Virus record (IMG/VR): IMGVR_UViG_3300010160_000035
Span: 1 to 64,000 of that record
DNA length: 64,000 bases
Source of the DNA: a virus
Direction: 5' to 3' (one strand)
This document shows, in pieces, positions 10,006-19,383 of the stretch (position 1 is its first letter; every line of letters begins with the position of its first letter). A program made the translations under genes and the position numbers. Under the pieces are notes generated by a model, which saw only the letters and a program-made list of their open reading frames with translations, did not search any database and was not told where the DNA came from.

Positions 10006-10868
10006 AGTGCCATAGGTATGTTTATAGGTAATTTTCCGTTTAATACTACACAACAGGCCACTACTGGCTTTCTGGTATTCTGTTTGCCATAGGCAAAAGC
10101 ATACTTTTCATGGTCAATTCCACAACCTACTGAAACACCAAATATTAGATCTTTAAAAGATGCTAGATATCTGACATTACATACAGTATGTAAGTGACCA
10201 ATAACTGTAGATTGTCTGTTTTCTCTAGCAGCATTAATAGCTGCTAATTCACCAGATAATCCAGTACCATGTTGATAAATTACTCCATTAATTTCATGAA
10301 TAAAATCCCATTGCCATGTAGGTGGACTTTGTAATAACTCTTGATAAGTTTTTAACCAAGTCTTAGGTAAGCCAGCTGTAAAAGCTTTTCTAAATGGTAA
10401 TGCATCATGATTTCCAATGCAAACTTTTACATTAGGAAATGTGTAATACCATTCTTTCATCTTTAGTAGAGCTAAGTTAAACTCATCTCCTGCTGACATA
10501 CCTTCAGGGTCTTTTTCATGATAACTAACAGCATGGTTATCAACTGCATCACCAATGTGAACTACAGTACCACAATCATACTCTTCTTGTACTGACCTAC
10601 AGAATGCCATATACCCTTGTAGAGTAAATGGTTCATGTGGGTCACCAATAACCAGAACATTATCTGGATTTCCATCCAAATAAGGTTCTAGTTTTGTGGC
10701 TGCACTTTTAAATGTATTACGATATAATTCTCTTGCTAATCTGATTATTTCAATGTTTTCTTCACCAGTTAATTCACTGACAATATCCAACGATTTCTTT
10801 AGGTAACCAGGCTTAGCACAGAAAAACTCATATACAAAATTAATCCTTGCATTATTGTTTTTAGCCAT
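10002..10868 (-). CDS. Calcineurin-like metallophosphoesterase
   Basis: Motifs GDPH, GDAVD, GNHD, HG and GHLH. Confidence 0.88.
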   Translation of the reverse strand: MAKNNNARINFVYEFFCAKPGYLKKSLDIVSELTGEENIEIIRLARELYRNTFKSAATKLEPYLDGNPDNVLVIGDPHEPFTLQGYMAFCRSVQEEYDCGTVVHIGDAVDNHAVSYHEKDPEGMSAGDEFNLALLKMKEWYYTFPNVKVCIGNHDALPFRKAFTAGLPKTWLKTYQELLQSPPTWQWDFIHEINGVIYQHGTGLSGELAAINAARENRQSTVIGHLHTVCNVRYLASFKDLIFGVSVGCGIDHEKYAFAYGKQNTRKPVVACCVVLNGKLPINIPMAL

Positions 10869-10883
10869 ATTTTTTTATTTATA

Positions 10884-10891
10884 CAAATATA
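10884..10891 (-). promoter_or_regulatory. Bacteroidota -7 promoter box
   Basis: Intergenic TATATTTG just upstream of the phosphoesterase gene. Confidence 0.55.
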
Positions 10892-10899
10892 AGAATATC

Positions 10900-11484
10900 T
10901 TATATAACCTCTTGTTCATTATCTACTTTATACTTTATAAAATAGGTTTCTTCTTCTATAGAAGGTATAGATGATAACTCAGCATCTTGAGGTAAACTCA
11001 TACCAATCTGCTTCTCAATCTCAAATCTCCGCCAGTCTTTCTTATACAGAACACCAGAAGGACCAAAATTATCAGAAGATGTAGCAGAGTAAAAATCAAG
11101 AATCTTCTTTTTATCTTCTACCCTAAACTTAGAATAGGAACCACTATCAAATAAAGCTAATGTCTTTAAGCACTCAAAAGGTATTTCATAAATCAACATA
11201 ACAGAAACTTTATCAAAATCTACATATGAATGGAAACAAGGGTTTTTCTTCATTCTAGATATGTAAGCTTCAAAACCTGCAATTGGACTATATTTATATA
11301 AAACAAATACATGTTGAGTTAATTCAGGAAACTCTTCACAATACCTAAAAGCGTTAATAAAATTACATTTAGGAAAGAACTCATCTTCCTTAAAATCAGT
11401 AATCTTACCATTTTTAGGTGTCACCAGCGGCAATAGATATGCAACTGTTTTAGTCTTAATCTTTTTAATTTCATCTAACGTCAT
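10900..11484 (-). CDS. Conserved phage hypothetical protein
   Basis: 194-aa ORF, translationally coupled. Confidence 0.65.
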   Translation of the reverse strand: MTLDEIKKIKTKTVAYLLPLVTPKNGKITDFKEDEFFPKCNFINAFRYCEEFPELTQHVFVLYKYSPIAGFEAYISRMKKNPCFHSYVDFDKVSVMLIYEIPFECLKTLALFDSGSYSKFRVEDKKKILDFYSATSSDNFGPSGVLYKKDWRRFEIEKQIGMSLPQDAELSSIPSIEEETYFIKYKVDNEQEVI

Positions 11485-12224
11485 ATTACAAGATTATTTA
11501 CATCTAAGGTAATAGGTTCTTCTTCACCAAAATACTCCCCATCCATGATTTTTAGACATTTATAATTCTGATAGAATTTTTCAATGCCTTTATATTCACC
11601 ATATTGACTGATGTACTCTTCAAAAATTATATTTCTGAAAGATTCTACGTCATCAATATTAGCAAGAAGTTTAATGGCAAAAGCTTTGCCTTTACCTTCA
11701 AGGCCTTTTATATTATCTACTGAGTCTCCAATAATCATGGATTGCCAGAAGAATAAATCAGCCTCTTGTTCACTAGTTGTAACCCATTCATTAGTTTTGT
11801 AATTGTAGTGAGTTCCCTCTAGTTGTAGTAAATCTTTGTCTATTGCACATATAAATGAATTATCAAGCTTAATTCTCAACATATTAACTACATCATCAGC
11901 TTCTATACCATGTAGTGGTATAAATCCCCAATGATCTACCATATGTTGTTTTGCCTCCTTGTAAAAGGGAAGAGGCTCCCTATCTTTTCTATTAGCTTTG
12001 TATTCAGGATATGCATCATATCTAAATTGAGCTCTAGTATATCCTAAATACCCCAAATACTTGTTAGCTTTAGTGTTAATTAGTATAGAACTAATCAAAC
12101 TATCAATAGATTGTTTTATAACCTCTAAAGGCTTATCATAGGTTTTATTATCACTGTCCCAGTGGGCTATAAAAACTATAGAGTCAGCATCAATTAAGGC
12201 TATATTTTCTGAGTGTAATTCCAT
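11481..12224 (-). CDS. 5'-3' exonuclease (T5 D15 / PolI N-terminal-like)
   Basis: Motifs LIDADS, YKANRK, EADDV, DKDLLQ and GDSVDNIKG. Confidence 0.9.
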   Translation of the reverse strand: MELHSENIALIDADSIVFIAHWDSDNKTYDKPLEVIKQSIDSLISSILINTKANKYLGYLGYTRAQFRYDAYPEYKANRKDREPLPFYKEAKQHMVDHWGFIPLHGIEADDVVNMLRIKLDNSFICAIDKDLLQLEGTHYNYKTNEWVTTSEQEADLFFWQSMIIGDSVDNIKGLEGKGKAFAIKLLANIDDVESFRNIIFEEYISQYGEYKGIEKFYQNYKCLKIMDGEYFGEEEPITLDVNNLVI

Positions 12225-12630
12225 GTTCTAGTAGTTTTTTAATAATGCGATAGAAGTCTTCCTTCCTAAGAACTACTACTTCCTCACCTTCTTTTTTATG
12301 AAAAACCACATTTACATAAACATCTCTTTCTGGAACCATCTTTGGAATAAAAGTTTCCATGTCATCTAAAACAGTAAATACATTCAAGCCAGTTTTTACA
12401 GCTTTACACTGTATATTATATGGAACACCATTGATATCTATCTTGGCATCATCCATAATTTTACTTGTAGCTCTAGTAGTTGCTGCTGTAGCAAAACCTA
12501 ATTCTTTTAATTCCTTAACAACTTTCCTCTCATAATTATGACCTATCCTCCTAACATTGGGTCTAGCCTTTGTTTTCTCAGCAGGTAGTTCATTCTTATT
12601 TTTAATCTTACGTCTGTTTGGTTCTCTCAT
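12190..12630 (-). CDS. PD-(D/E)xK Holliday junction resolvase-like nuclease
   Basis: GHNYERKV...DDAKIDI...IQCK. Likely start MREPN. Confidence 0.75.
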   Translation of the reverse strand: MREPNRRKIKNKNELPAEKTKARPNVRRIGHNYERKVVKELKELGFATAATTRATSKIMDDAKIDINGVPYNIQCKAVKTGLNVFTVLDDMETFIPKMVPERDVYVNVVFHKKEGEEVVVLRKEDFYRIIKKLLEHGITLRKYSLN

Positions 12631-12805
12631 TTGATTTGTTATTAGTAAGAACATTAATGATATCATTAAATGCTTCTACTTTACCTTCATAGAATCTAAT
12701 TGTTAAGGGATCCTGGTCAAGAGTATCCAACTCAGTGGCTACTCTATCACAGGCATCTCTTTTTTTATAAACGACTTGAAGGATTGTTTCTGTTAACTTA
12801 TCCAT
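12608..12805 (-). CDS. Hypothetical protein
   Basis: 65-aa ORF in operon. Confidence 0.55.
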   Translation of the reverse strand: MDKLTETILQVVYKKRDACDRVATELDTLDQDPLTIRFYEGKVEAFNDIINVLTNNKSNERTKQT

Positions 12806-12816
12806 AAGCCGTTAGC

Positions 12817-13113
12817 TTATACTGTTCCTACAACAGCATCAACATCAGCATTGTAAATTGCTGTTTCAGCTGATGGTGCTTCAACATCATTAAAGGTATC
12901 AACTCTATTGATGATAAAATCAAATACAGGATTGATAACATAATCAACACTAGTTTTTGTTGGTTTAGCAAAACCAAATTTAATTAGTACATCACGCATT
13001 TCTTTAATGCTAATACCAAAATGGTCAGCCATTGTTTTTGCATCTGTTCTGTATGCTCTCATTGCTGCTACTTCTTTTTGAGAGATATTTATAATTGTTG
13101 CTTCTGTGTTCAT
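12817..13113 (-). CDS. Hypothetical protein, possible HTH
   Basis: AKTMADHFGISIKEMRDVL resembles a helix-turn-helix. Confidence 0.55.
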   Translation of the reverse strand: MNTEATIINISQKEVAAMRAYRTDAKTMADHFGISIKEMRDVLIKFGFAKPTKTSVDYVINPVFDFIINRVDTFNDVEAPSAETAIYNADVDAVVGTV

Positions 13114-14141
13114 ATTAAATAATCTTTTAAATTTGTTGTTAATTTTTTTGTTTGATCATATCCTTTAATGGATATATAATCGGAAATATCTTTAATATTA
13201 TCAGGGATAACTAAAGATTTTATACCAAATTGTGTAGAGAACTTTTTCATTGCTTTTAAACCTACTTCATCGTTATCATAGTTTATAATGATATTTGGAA
13301 ACCTCATTGATAGTAGTTGAAATTGATTCTCATTTAAGAAAATGCTCTCACTTTGTGGTGATATGCTATTATAACCATAAATACGCCAAATCATGCAATC
13401 CTTTAAAGATTTTGTTACTATTAATTCTTTATTTTGTTTATCTAATTGATTGTAACCACTAAAGACATTCCTTGGTATATTACTTATCCATTTATTCTGC
13501 CTGTCAGCAGATGGTCTAAGTATCTTTCTCATTCCATTACCATGCTCATAACTATAAGCAGGGTCATTTGCACTCTCTGAGTAAACATTTAGCAATTCAT
13601 TATTATTAACGCTAATCCAGTAATCTGTTACAGGAACAACATTATAAAAATTGAGCAGGTCTTTGTCTATATAATACTTATTCCAGTAAGTATCATACTC
13701 TTTCCAATCTCTCTTTTTTATCCTAATCATTGTAGTTTGCCTATTATGTTTGTCAGGTAGTCCTAAATAATTTAAAGATGGTATTATTTCTTTGTTTTGA
13801 ACTTTCTTAATAAATCCAAAGTCATTTGCAATTACTTTTAATATTTCATGATAAGTTAGTTCTTCATTAAATTTTTGTCTCATGTAGAATTGTACATATG
13901 CAAAACAATTGTAACTTTCATTAGTACCAAAGTCCTTGTAATATAGACCATTTGGATAAGCTTTAATGCTGCAAGAAGGATATTTATCCATTCTTATATC
14001 TGAGCAGAATGGTTTATTAAGTTCTGTAAAGTTCTTACAATAGAATCTAAAAATCTGGTACTCAGAAACATTCCTGAGTACCATATCCTTAGTTAAATGA
14101 ATAACGTCTACACCTCCAAAATTAGAACTGTAAGCCATCAT
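13110..14141 (-). CDS. DNA primase (TOPRIM, crAss-type)
   Basis: N-terminal CSDIRMDKYPSC...YKDFG, then IVTKSLKD, YDNDEVG and KDISD. Confidence 0.85.
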   Translation of the reverse strand: MMAYSSNFGGVDVIHLTKDMVLRNVSEYQIFRFYCKNFTELNKPFCSDIRMDKYPSCSIKAYPNGLYYKDFGTNESYNCFAYVQFYMRQKFNEELTYHEILKVIANDFGFIKKVQNKEIIPSLNYLGLPDKHNRQTTMIRIKKRDWKEYDTYWNKYYIDKDLLNFYNVVPVTDYWISVNNNELLNVYSESANDPAYSYEHGNGMRKILRPSADRQNKWISNIPRNVFSGYNQLDKQNKELIVTKSLKDCMIWRIYGYNSISPQSESIFLNENQFQLLSMRFPNIIINYDNDEVGLKAMKKFSTQFGIKSLVIPDNIKDISDYISIKGYDQTKKLTTNLKDYLI

Positions 14142-14682
14142 TACCTCCTGATGTAAAGAAATCATTATCAGGTAGTTTTACCAGTTTCTTGATATCAGTA
14201 TCAGGGTTGAATGTCATCTTAGTTACAGCTACCACAGGGTATTCTGCACCTTCTTGAATTGCTTCTGCAAATTCTGGATAACCAATAACAGATCTAACAC
14301 CTGTTGTGCCATCTTGTTTAAGATATTCTTCACCACGGAATTTAATTCTCAAAGAATTACCAGATAGTTTATCATTGTAAACTTGACCTAATTCTTCAAT
14401 GTTTTCTGCTTTAGCTGCAAGATAATCTACATCTTTTACAATTTTAGTAAAGATGTGTCTGATTTTCTTGTAAGTAGATTCTGCTGCTTTATCTGATAGA
14501 TAAAAGCGTAAATCTGTTGCTGAATCAGGTTCACCATCTATTAAGTGCATAGAAAATGTAAGAGTAGGATTACCATTAGCATTTAATTCGCCTTTAACAG
14601 ACTTGATTGTTACTTCGTGAATGCCTGGTCTAATGTACTTAGGCTTACTGATTTCTTGAACATCTTGTCCTCCAAATGTCAT
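14122..14682 (-). CDS. Single-stranded DNA-binding protein (DUF669-like)
   Basis: YIRPGIHEVTIKSV start and acidic/aromatic tail DGLQF. Lies between the AAA ATPase and primase. Confidence 0.65.
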   Translation of the reverse strand: MTFGGQDVQEISKPKYIRPGIHEVTIKSVKGELNANGNPTLTFSMHLIDGEPDSATDLRFYLSDKAAESTYKKIRHIFTKIVKDVDYLAAKAENIEELGQVYNDKLSGNSLRIKFRGEEYLKQDGTTGVRSVIGYPEFAEAIQEGAEYPVVAVTKMTFNPDTDIKKLVKLPDNDFFTSGGNDGLQF

Positions 14683-14703
14683 AATTTTAAAATTTAGTTA
14701 TTG

Positions 14704-15429
14704 TTATTTAAATACTTTATCCCAACTAGCTACAAGATTCCCATCTATAGACTCAGTTAAAATAATTTCTTGATTTTTTAGATGGTCTGGTCTAGCACCA
14801 CAAGTAATCTCATCAGATGTTTTGAAATTCAAAATAACTTGATTACCTTTTCTGCTTAATAAACCAATAGCATCTGCTTTAGCACAAACTAAAGACTTAA
14901 TTTTACCTGTAAGATCCAAATCTACAGCAGCAACTTCTTTGCCTGCTATATCAATATTCTTATCTTTCAAGTGACCTAGTAGAATAATACTACCATCTTC
15001 AGGCACCAATGTCTCAATGTAATCTAAAATCTTAAAGAAAGCTTCTCTAAGATATAAATAACCTGCACCATTAGGTAGTTTAAGTACATTATCACCTGCA
15101 AATGTTTTACCCATAGGAGTATCCATATACAAAGATTTAGCATAACCTAAACACAATTCCTCTAAAGCAGTTACAGTATCTACTGCAATATACCTATAAG
15201 GTTTTCCAGCTTTAACAATCTCAGCACCAACCTCTTTAAGAGTTTGAAGGCTATCAATTTTAAGCTTCATTGCATCAACATAATCAGAACCCTTTTCAAA
15301 GTCTAGCAAAAGGCAATCATCCAATAAAGCCAAAGCTGAGGTTTTCCCAGCTTTAGGCTTTGAATAGATAACCAACCTTTTAGGATTAGCTCTAGTAGCT
15401 AACACCTTTTTAGTTGGTAGTTCAATCAT
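14704..15429 (-). CDS. AAA_24 / Sak4-like ATPase (ssDNA annealing recombinase)
   Basis: YSKPKAGKTS Walker A, LLDFEKGS, IAVDTVT and GAGY. Confidence 0.82.
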   Translation of the reverse strand: MIELPTKKVLATRANPKRLVIYSKPKAGKTSALALLDDCLLLDFEKGSDYVDAMKLKIDSLQTLKEVGAEIVKAGKPYRYIAVDTVTALEELCLGYAKSLYMDTPMGKTFAGDNVLKLPNGAGYLYLREAFFKILDYIETLVPEDGSIILLGHLKDKNIDIAGKEVAAVDLDLTGKIKSLVCAKADAIGLLSRKGNQVILNFKTSDEITCGARPDHLKNQEIILTESIDGNLVASWDKVFK

Positions 15430-15767
15430 AATTTAACTGCAAGTTCTAGTATACGTTCTACTAATACTGGATACAATCCAGGATACTGACTCTTAACTAA
15501 ATCAATGTTAGTACCACCAATAATAATTGGAGTTCTTTGACCATCTCTTGTTTGCAAATCTGTCTTTGGAACAACAGTAGTCAAATCCAATACTTTGCAA
15601 ATAGTATTAATAGCATCAATAGAATCTTGTCTTGTATCACAAGGGAATCTACCTGCTTTAATTTCGTTTACATAAGCAATGTATTCTGCTTTCATTTCCT
15701 CATTTGGGTCTGTAGCTGGTTTTGCTACATCTACCACTTCTTCAAAACTTACTGTTTCTTCTGTCAT
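15426..15767 (-). CDS. Hypothetical protein
   Basis: 113-aa ORF in operon. Confidence 0.6.
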   Translation of the reverse strand: MTEETVSFEEVVDVAKPATDPNEEMKAEYIAYVNEIKAGRFPCDTRQDSIDAINTICKVLDLTTVVPKTDLQTRDGQRTPIIIGGTNIDLVKSQYPGLYPVLVERILELAVKL

Positions 15768-15787
15768 TTTTCTTGTTTTTGTTGTTG

Positions 15788-17026
15788 TTAATAGTAACCT
15801 CTCCCTTTTGAGAGGTGATTGTCATAATAAGCATCTTTTTCATCAAGATAGTTAAAGCATTCTAAGCAATAGCTTTGCTGCATTCCTGCATCCCACATAG
15901 TATCTTTGTGAGAACAAGGTGCACCTACTTTGTCAAAAAATAAATCTAACTGTTTAATGTTATCTGCTTTATTGTCAATAGGTTCAAAACTTTGATTATA
16001 CTGTTTTTCTATTTTAAATTCTTCTTCTTTTTGTTCTATATAATCTAAGATTAAATACTCAAGAGGAGCAAATTCATCTGCAAATTCTATCATTTCTACA
16101 TCACGCTGCTCAATTAAAGCTACAACATAGTCAAATGCTTTACCATAAGCATAAGTATGTTTAGGATTATTGACATAGAGCTTGCTCTTTTTAAAGCCTT
16201 CATATAACGCCTCATAAAGTTCTGACTTACTTTCCGTTGGTTTACTCCCGTAGGTAACTGTAGGTCTTGTAAATAAGAAGCGTTTATCAGAATTACTAAT
16301 AATATCACAAATTACATTGTAGCAATTTGTAACATCTTTAATAGACACATACTCAGTAGATGTATGAGGATTGTAATACCCACAAGAAATATTAAAGCAA
16401 GCAATGCCTACATTTCTTTTAGATAAACAACCAGCATCAGTTGCAATACCTACACACTCTTTGTAATTATAGTCTTTAAGAACAGGTGCCACAAATGTAC
16501 TAAATTCTTCTCCAAATAGTTGCACACCATTTGAATAATTTATGAAATCTGAGTTATTTTTTCTGTCAGCCTGACCTATAAACATACAATCATCAAAGTA
16601 TGATAAATCACAAGCACTAGAACCTATGCAACCTATTTCTTCTGCTACAAAAAATACAACTTTTAAAAAGTTATAGTCTTCCAAAAGTTGTAAACACATA
16701 AATACTCCTACAAGGTCATCACCACCAGTACCTATTTGTCTTGGTCCATCAAATGCTAACAAATAATCACCATTTTGAAATATGGTTTTATTCTGAGCAT
16801 ATTTATGAACTTGATCTAAATGACTTATTATACATGGGTAAAGACTAGTTTCACCTTTAGTAACATAAATATTACCATGTGTGTCATTCTCTATTTTCAG
16901 CTTACCTTTCATCCTAAGATTCAAAGCATCTAAATAGGCATTTAAAGTAGGAACTATTTGTTCCTGCTCTTTGTTAGACTCAGACTGCCATCCTAGAACC
17001 TCTATTAATAATTTTTCGTTAAACAT
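15788..17026 (-). CDS. M20/M28-family zinc peptidase-like protein
   Basis: SHLDQV, GGDDLVG, EEIGCIGS, QADR and GYYNPHT metal-ligand motifs. Confidence 0.85.
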   Translation of the reverse strand: MFNEKLLIEVLGWQSESNKEQEQIVPTLNAYLDALNLRMKGKLKIENDTHGNIYVTKGETSLYPCIISHLDQVHKYAQNKTIFQNGDYLLAFDGPRQIGTGGDDLVGVFMCLQLLEDYNFLKVVFFVAEEIGCIGSSACDLSYFDDCMFIGQADRKNNSDFINYSNGVQLFGEEFSTFVAPVLKDYNYKECVGIATDAGCLSKRNVGIACFNISCGYYNPHTSTEYVSIKDVTNCYNVICDIISNSDKRFLFTRPTVTYGSKPTESKSELYEALYEGFKKSKLYVNNPKHTYAYGKAFDYVVALIEQRDVEMIEFADEFAPLEYLILDYIEQKEEEFKIEKQYNQSFEPIDNKADNIKQLDLFFDKVGAPCSHKDTMWDAGMQQSYCLECFNYLDEKDAYYDNHLSKGRGYY

Positions 17027-17030
17027 TGTG

Positions 17031-18833
17031 TTAAAATATAATGTGTTGTTCTTGTTGACTATCTGTTGCTATGTCATTAATTTGACTTAGCATTGTCTGT
17101 AATTCAGGGTTAGAAGCTATAAGTCTAGCTATATTAGCATTTGGAGTATAACCAGTTATTTGTTCATGTATTCCTGCTCCTGTTGCTACAATATTAACTG
17201 GGCCAGGATTTAATGTACCAACTTCATTTAAAGCAGCTATAGTATAAGGATTTTCTTCTACTTCTTGCTCTGAATCTAAATCTTCCTCATCCCAATCTAA
17301 ATCTTCTTCATAATCTTCATCAGCTTCATCAATATCAGAATCAGAATCATTTAATGTTACTGTATCAATCCTAAGAATTGGATCTATACCATAGCTTGTA
17401 TTGACAAATCTTGTATCATATACTTTACCATTATCGTAATAAACATGATTGTTATCAACAAGTTCACCAGATAATTCACAAGCAGTAAAGAAATTTAATT
17501 CATTAACAGATGCTTGCATAGTAAATGCATTTATGTACTGAAAATTATCTATATAAGGAACATCATAACTACTACTAATGTTAGATTGTTGCATTATAGC
17601 TACTTGATATCTAACAGCATAAGTTTGCTTATCAATAGCAGAAGGTATCCAATCTAAAGCTACTTTGTAGTTATCATCATACTGTTTAGTCCAGTTACCT
17701 GGGCCTTGATTAAGTAAGTTTTTAGTACTACAAGATTTTCTATGCTCATAGATATTTTTAATATTATTTTCTTTAGCATATCTGTGAAACAAAGTAATAA
17801 GCTTAGTATCTACAGAATAAATTCTATCCATAAATACAGTACCATCAGTTGTAGTAACTAATAGTGCTCTAGCCATAATAGAATCTGTTTGACCTGCTTT
17901 CATAATAAGCAATCTAAAGTTAGAATTCTTAGCATAGAACTTTATAACATGACTTTTACTACTATCACGCATACAAGAATTACCTAGTTCACCAGTCATT
18001 CTAAAATAACTGTCTTTAAGATAATATTTTATAATATCATCACCAACAACTACTGAAAATAAATTAGAGTCAAAACATGTTAGCATTTTATTATACTCTA
18101 TATAAGCATTAACAGTAGCTTCAGATACTTCAGGAAGATGGTCTTTAAAGAATTTACCTATACCCATAGTTCTATGATAAGAAGCTGAATCTTCATTCCA
18201 TCCATTAGCAACAGCATAAGCATATTTTTCTTTAGTTACATAAACAATGTTATTTTCATCTATATGCTTAAAATAGTATATCTCACCTACTTCATTTACA
18301 GCACTATAAAAACGATAACTATTAATATTAGGCACCATTCTATGTAATTCTGAATATAAAGCACCTTTACTAACTCTAACTTTATGTTCATTACGATTTA
18401 AAGGTAAATTACCTACATACATAGCAGCTGAAATTACAATTTGACCATCAGGATTTTGATATATATAATAATCTAATTCCATCTTTTCACAGATTGTATA
18501 GCCTTTACTTTTCATAACACAAAAAGATATACTATTCATAGCATTTTCATGATATCTGTTAATACTGCTAATATAAGTATTTGTATACCCATCTACTACT
18601 ATAAGACTTTTTCTTCTATCAACAAAACGCACATTTGAATCTACATAACCTATACCAGTAAGGTGATGCCAATCTACGTCTGTTATTGTTAAATACAATA
18701 CTTTAGTATCATTATTATAACTTAATGCAGCTTTAAACCTTCTAGATTTAGATTGTTTAAACAGGAAAATCAGTTCATCTGGAAATTTTATTTTTGCATC
18801 GCCTTGTTGGTTTGTTATTATTATTTTTCCCAT
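17031..18833 (-). CDS. Conserved phage protein with SCM...ARALL...MDRIY...PYID motifs and an acidic tract
   Basis: 600 aa. Motifs LGNSCMR, MARALL, FMDRIYS and VPYIDNF. Confidence 0.7.
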   Translation of the reverse strand: MGKIIITNQQGDAKIKFPDELIFLFKQSKSRRFKAALSYNNDTKVLYLTITDVDWHHLTGIGYVDSNVRFVDRRKSLIVVDGYTNTYISSINRYHENAMNSISFCVMKSKGYTICEKMELDYYIYQNPDGQIVISAAMYVGNLPLNRNEHKVRVSKGALYSELHRMVPNINSYRFYSAVNEVGEIYYFKHIDENNIVYVTKEKYAYAVANGWNEDSASYHRTMGIGKFFKDHLPEVSEATVNAYIEYNKMLTCFDSNLFSVVVGDDIIKYYLKDSYFRMTGELGNSCMRDSSKSHVIKFYAKNSNFRLLIMKAGQTDSIMARALLVTTTDGTVFMDRIYSVDTKLITLFHRYAKENNIKNIYEHRKSCSTKNLLNQGPGNWTKQYDDNYKVALDWIPSAIDKQTYAVRYQVAIMQQSNISSSYDVPYIDNFQYINAFTMQASVNELNFFTACELSGELVDNNHVYYDNGKVYDTRFVNTSYGIDPILRIDTVTLNDSDSDIDEADEDYEEDLDWDEEDLDSEQEVEENPYTIAALNEVGTLNPGPVNIVATGAGIHEQITGYTPNANIARLIASNPELQTMLSQINDIATDSQQEQHIIF

Positions 18834-18845
18834 ATTAAAAAATAT

Positions 18846-18875
18846 AAAAGCCCCTACTTTTTACAGCAGGGGCTT
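18846..18875 (-). terminator. Rho-independent terminator
   Basis: AAGCCCCTGC...GTAGGGGCTT followed by TTAT on the minus strand. Confidence 0.75.
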
Positions 18876-18885
18876 AAATTGTTTA

Positions 18886-19371
18886 TTAGCGTTGGCTAGT
18901 TACAAATAGTAATGCTAGATTACCATAAGATTCAGCATCAGTTGTTGTAGCAACCCAGTTACCATCCTTCAAAGTTACATGGTAACGTGTTGGTGATTTC
19001 TTTTGGCTTCTTACTTTGTTGTACAAAGCACAAATAGTATCAGCATCAGGTACTTGTGGCAATTCTGCTTCTGGCTCATGTAGATTAACTTCATCATGGT
19101 CAGTATCAGGAGTATAGCTATCTATTAGATTTCTAACAAAATCAAAGATACCACCATCTTCCAATAAATCAAATACCATACTTGATTCTTTAGCAGCAAA
19201 TTCTTCAGTTCTAATCCAATTTACATCGAATTTCTTGCTACCTGTTGTTAAATACATACCTTCCTCTATATCACAGATATTAGGAGATATTGAACAATTT
19301 AATTGTTGTGCAAATGCAATACATGCTCTTGCTACATTGATGTCGTCTACATAAAAGATTTCTCTTGTCAT
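18886..19371 (-). CDS. Hypothetical protein
   Basis: 161-aa ORF. Confidence 0.6.
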   Translation of the reverse strand: MTREIFYVDDINVARACIAFAQQLNCSISPNICDIEEGMYLTTGSKKFDVNWIRTEEFAAKESSMVFDLLEDGGIFDFVRNLIDSYTPDTDHDEVNLHEPEAELPQVPDADTICALYNKVRSQKKSPTRYHVTLKDGNWVATTTDAESYGNLALLFVTSQR

Positions 19372-19383
19372 TTTAATTTGTTT

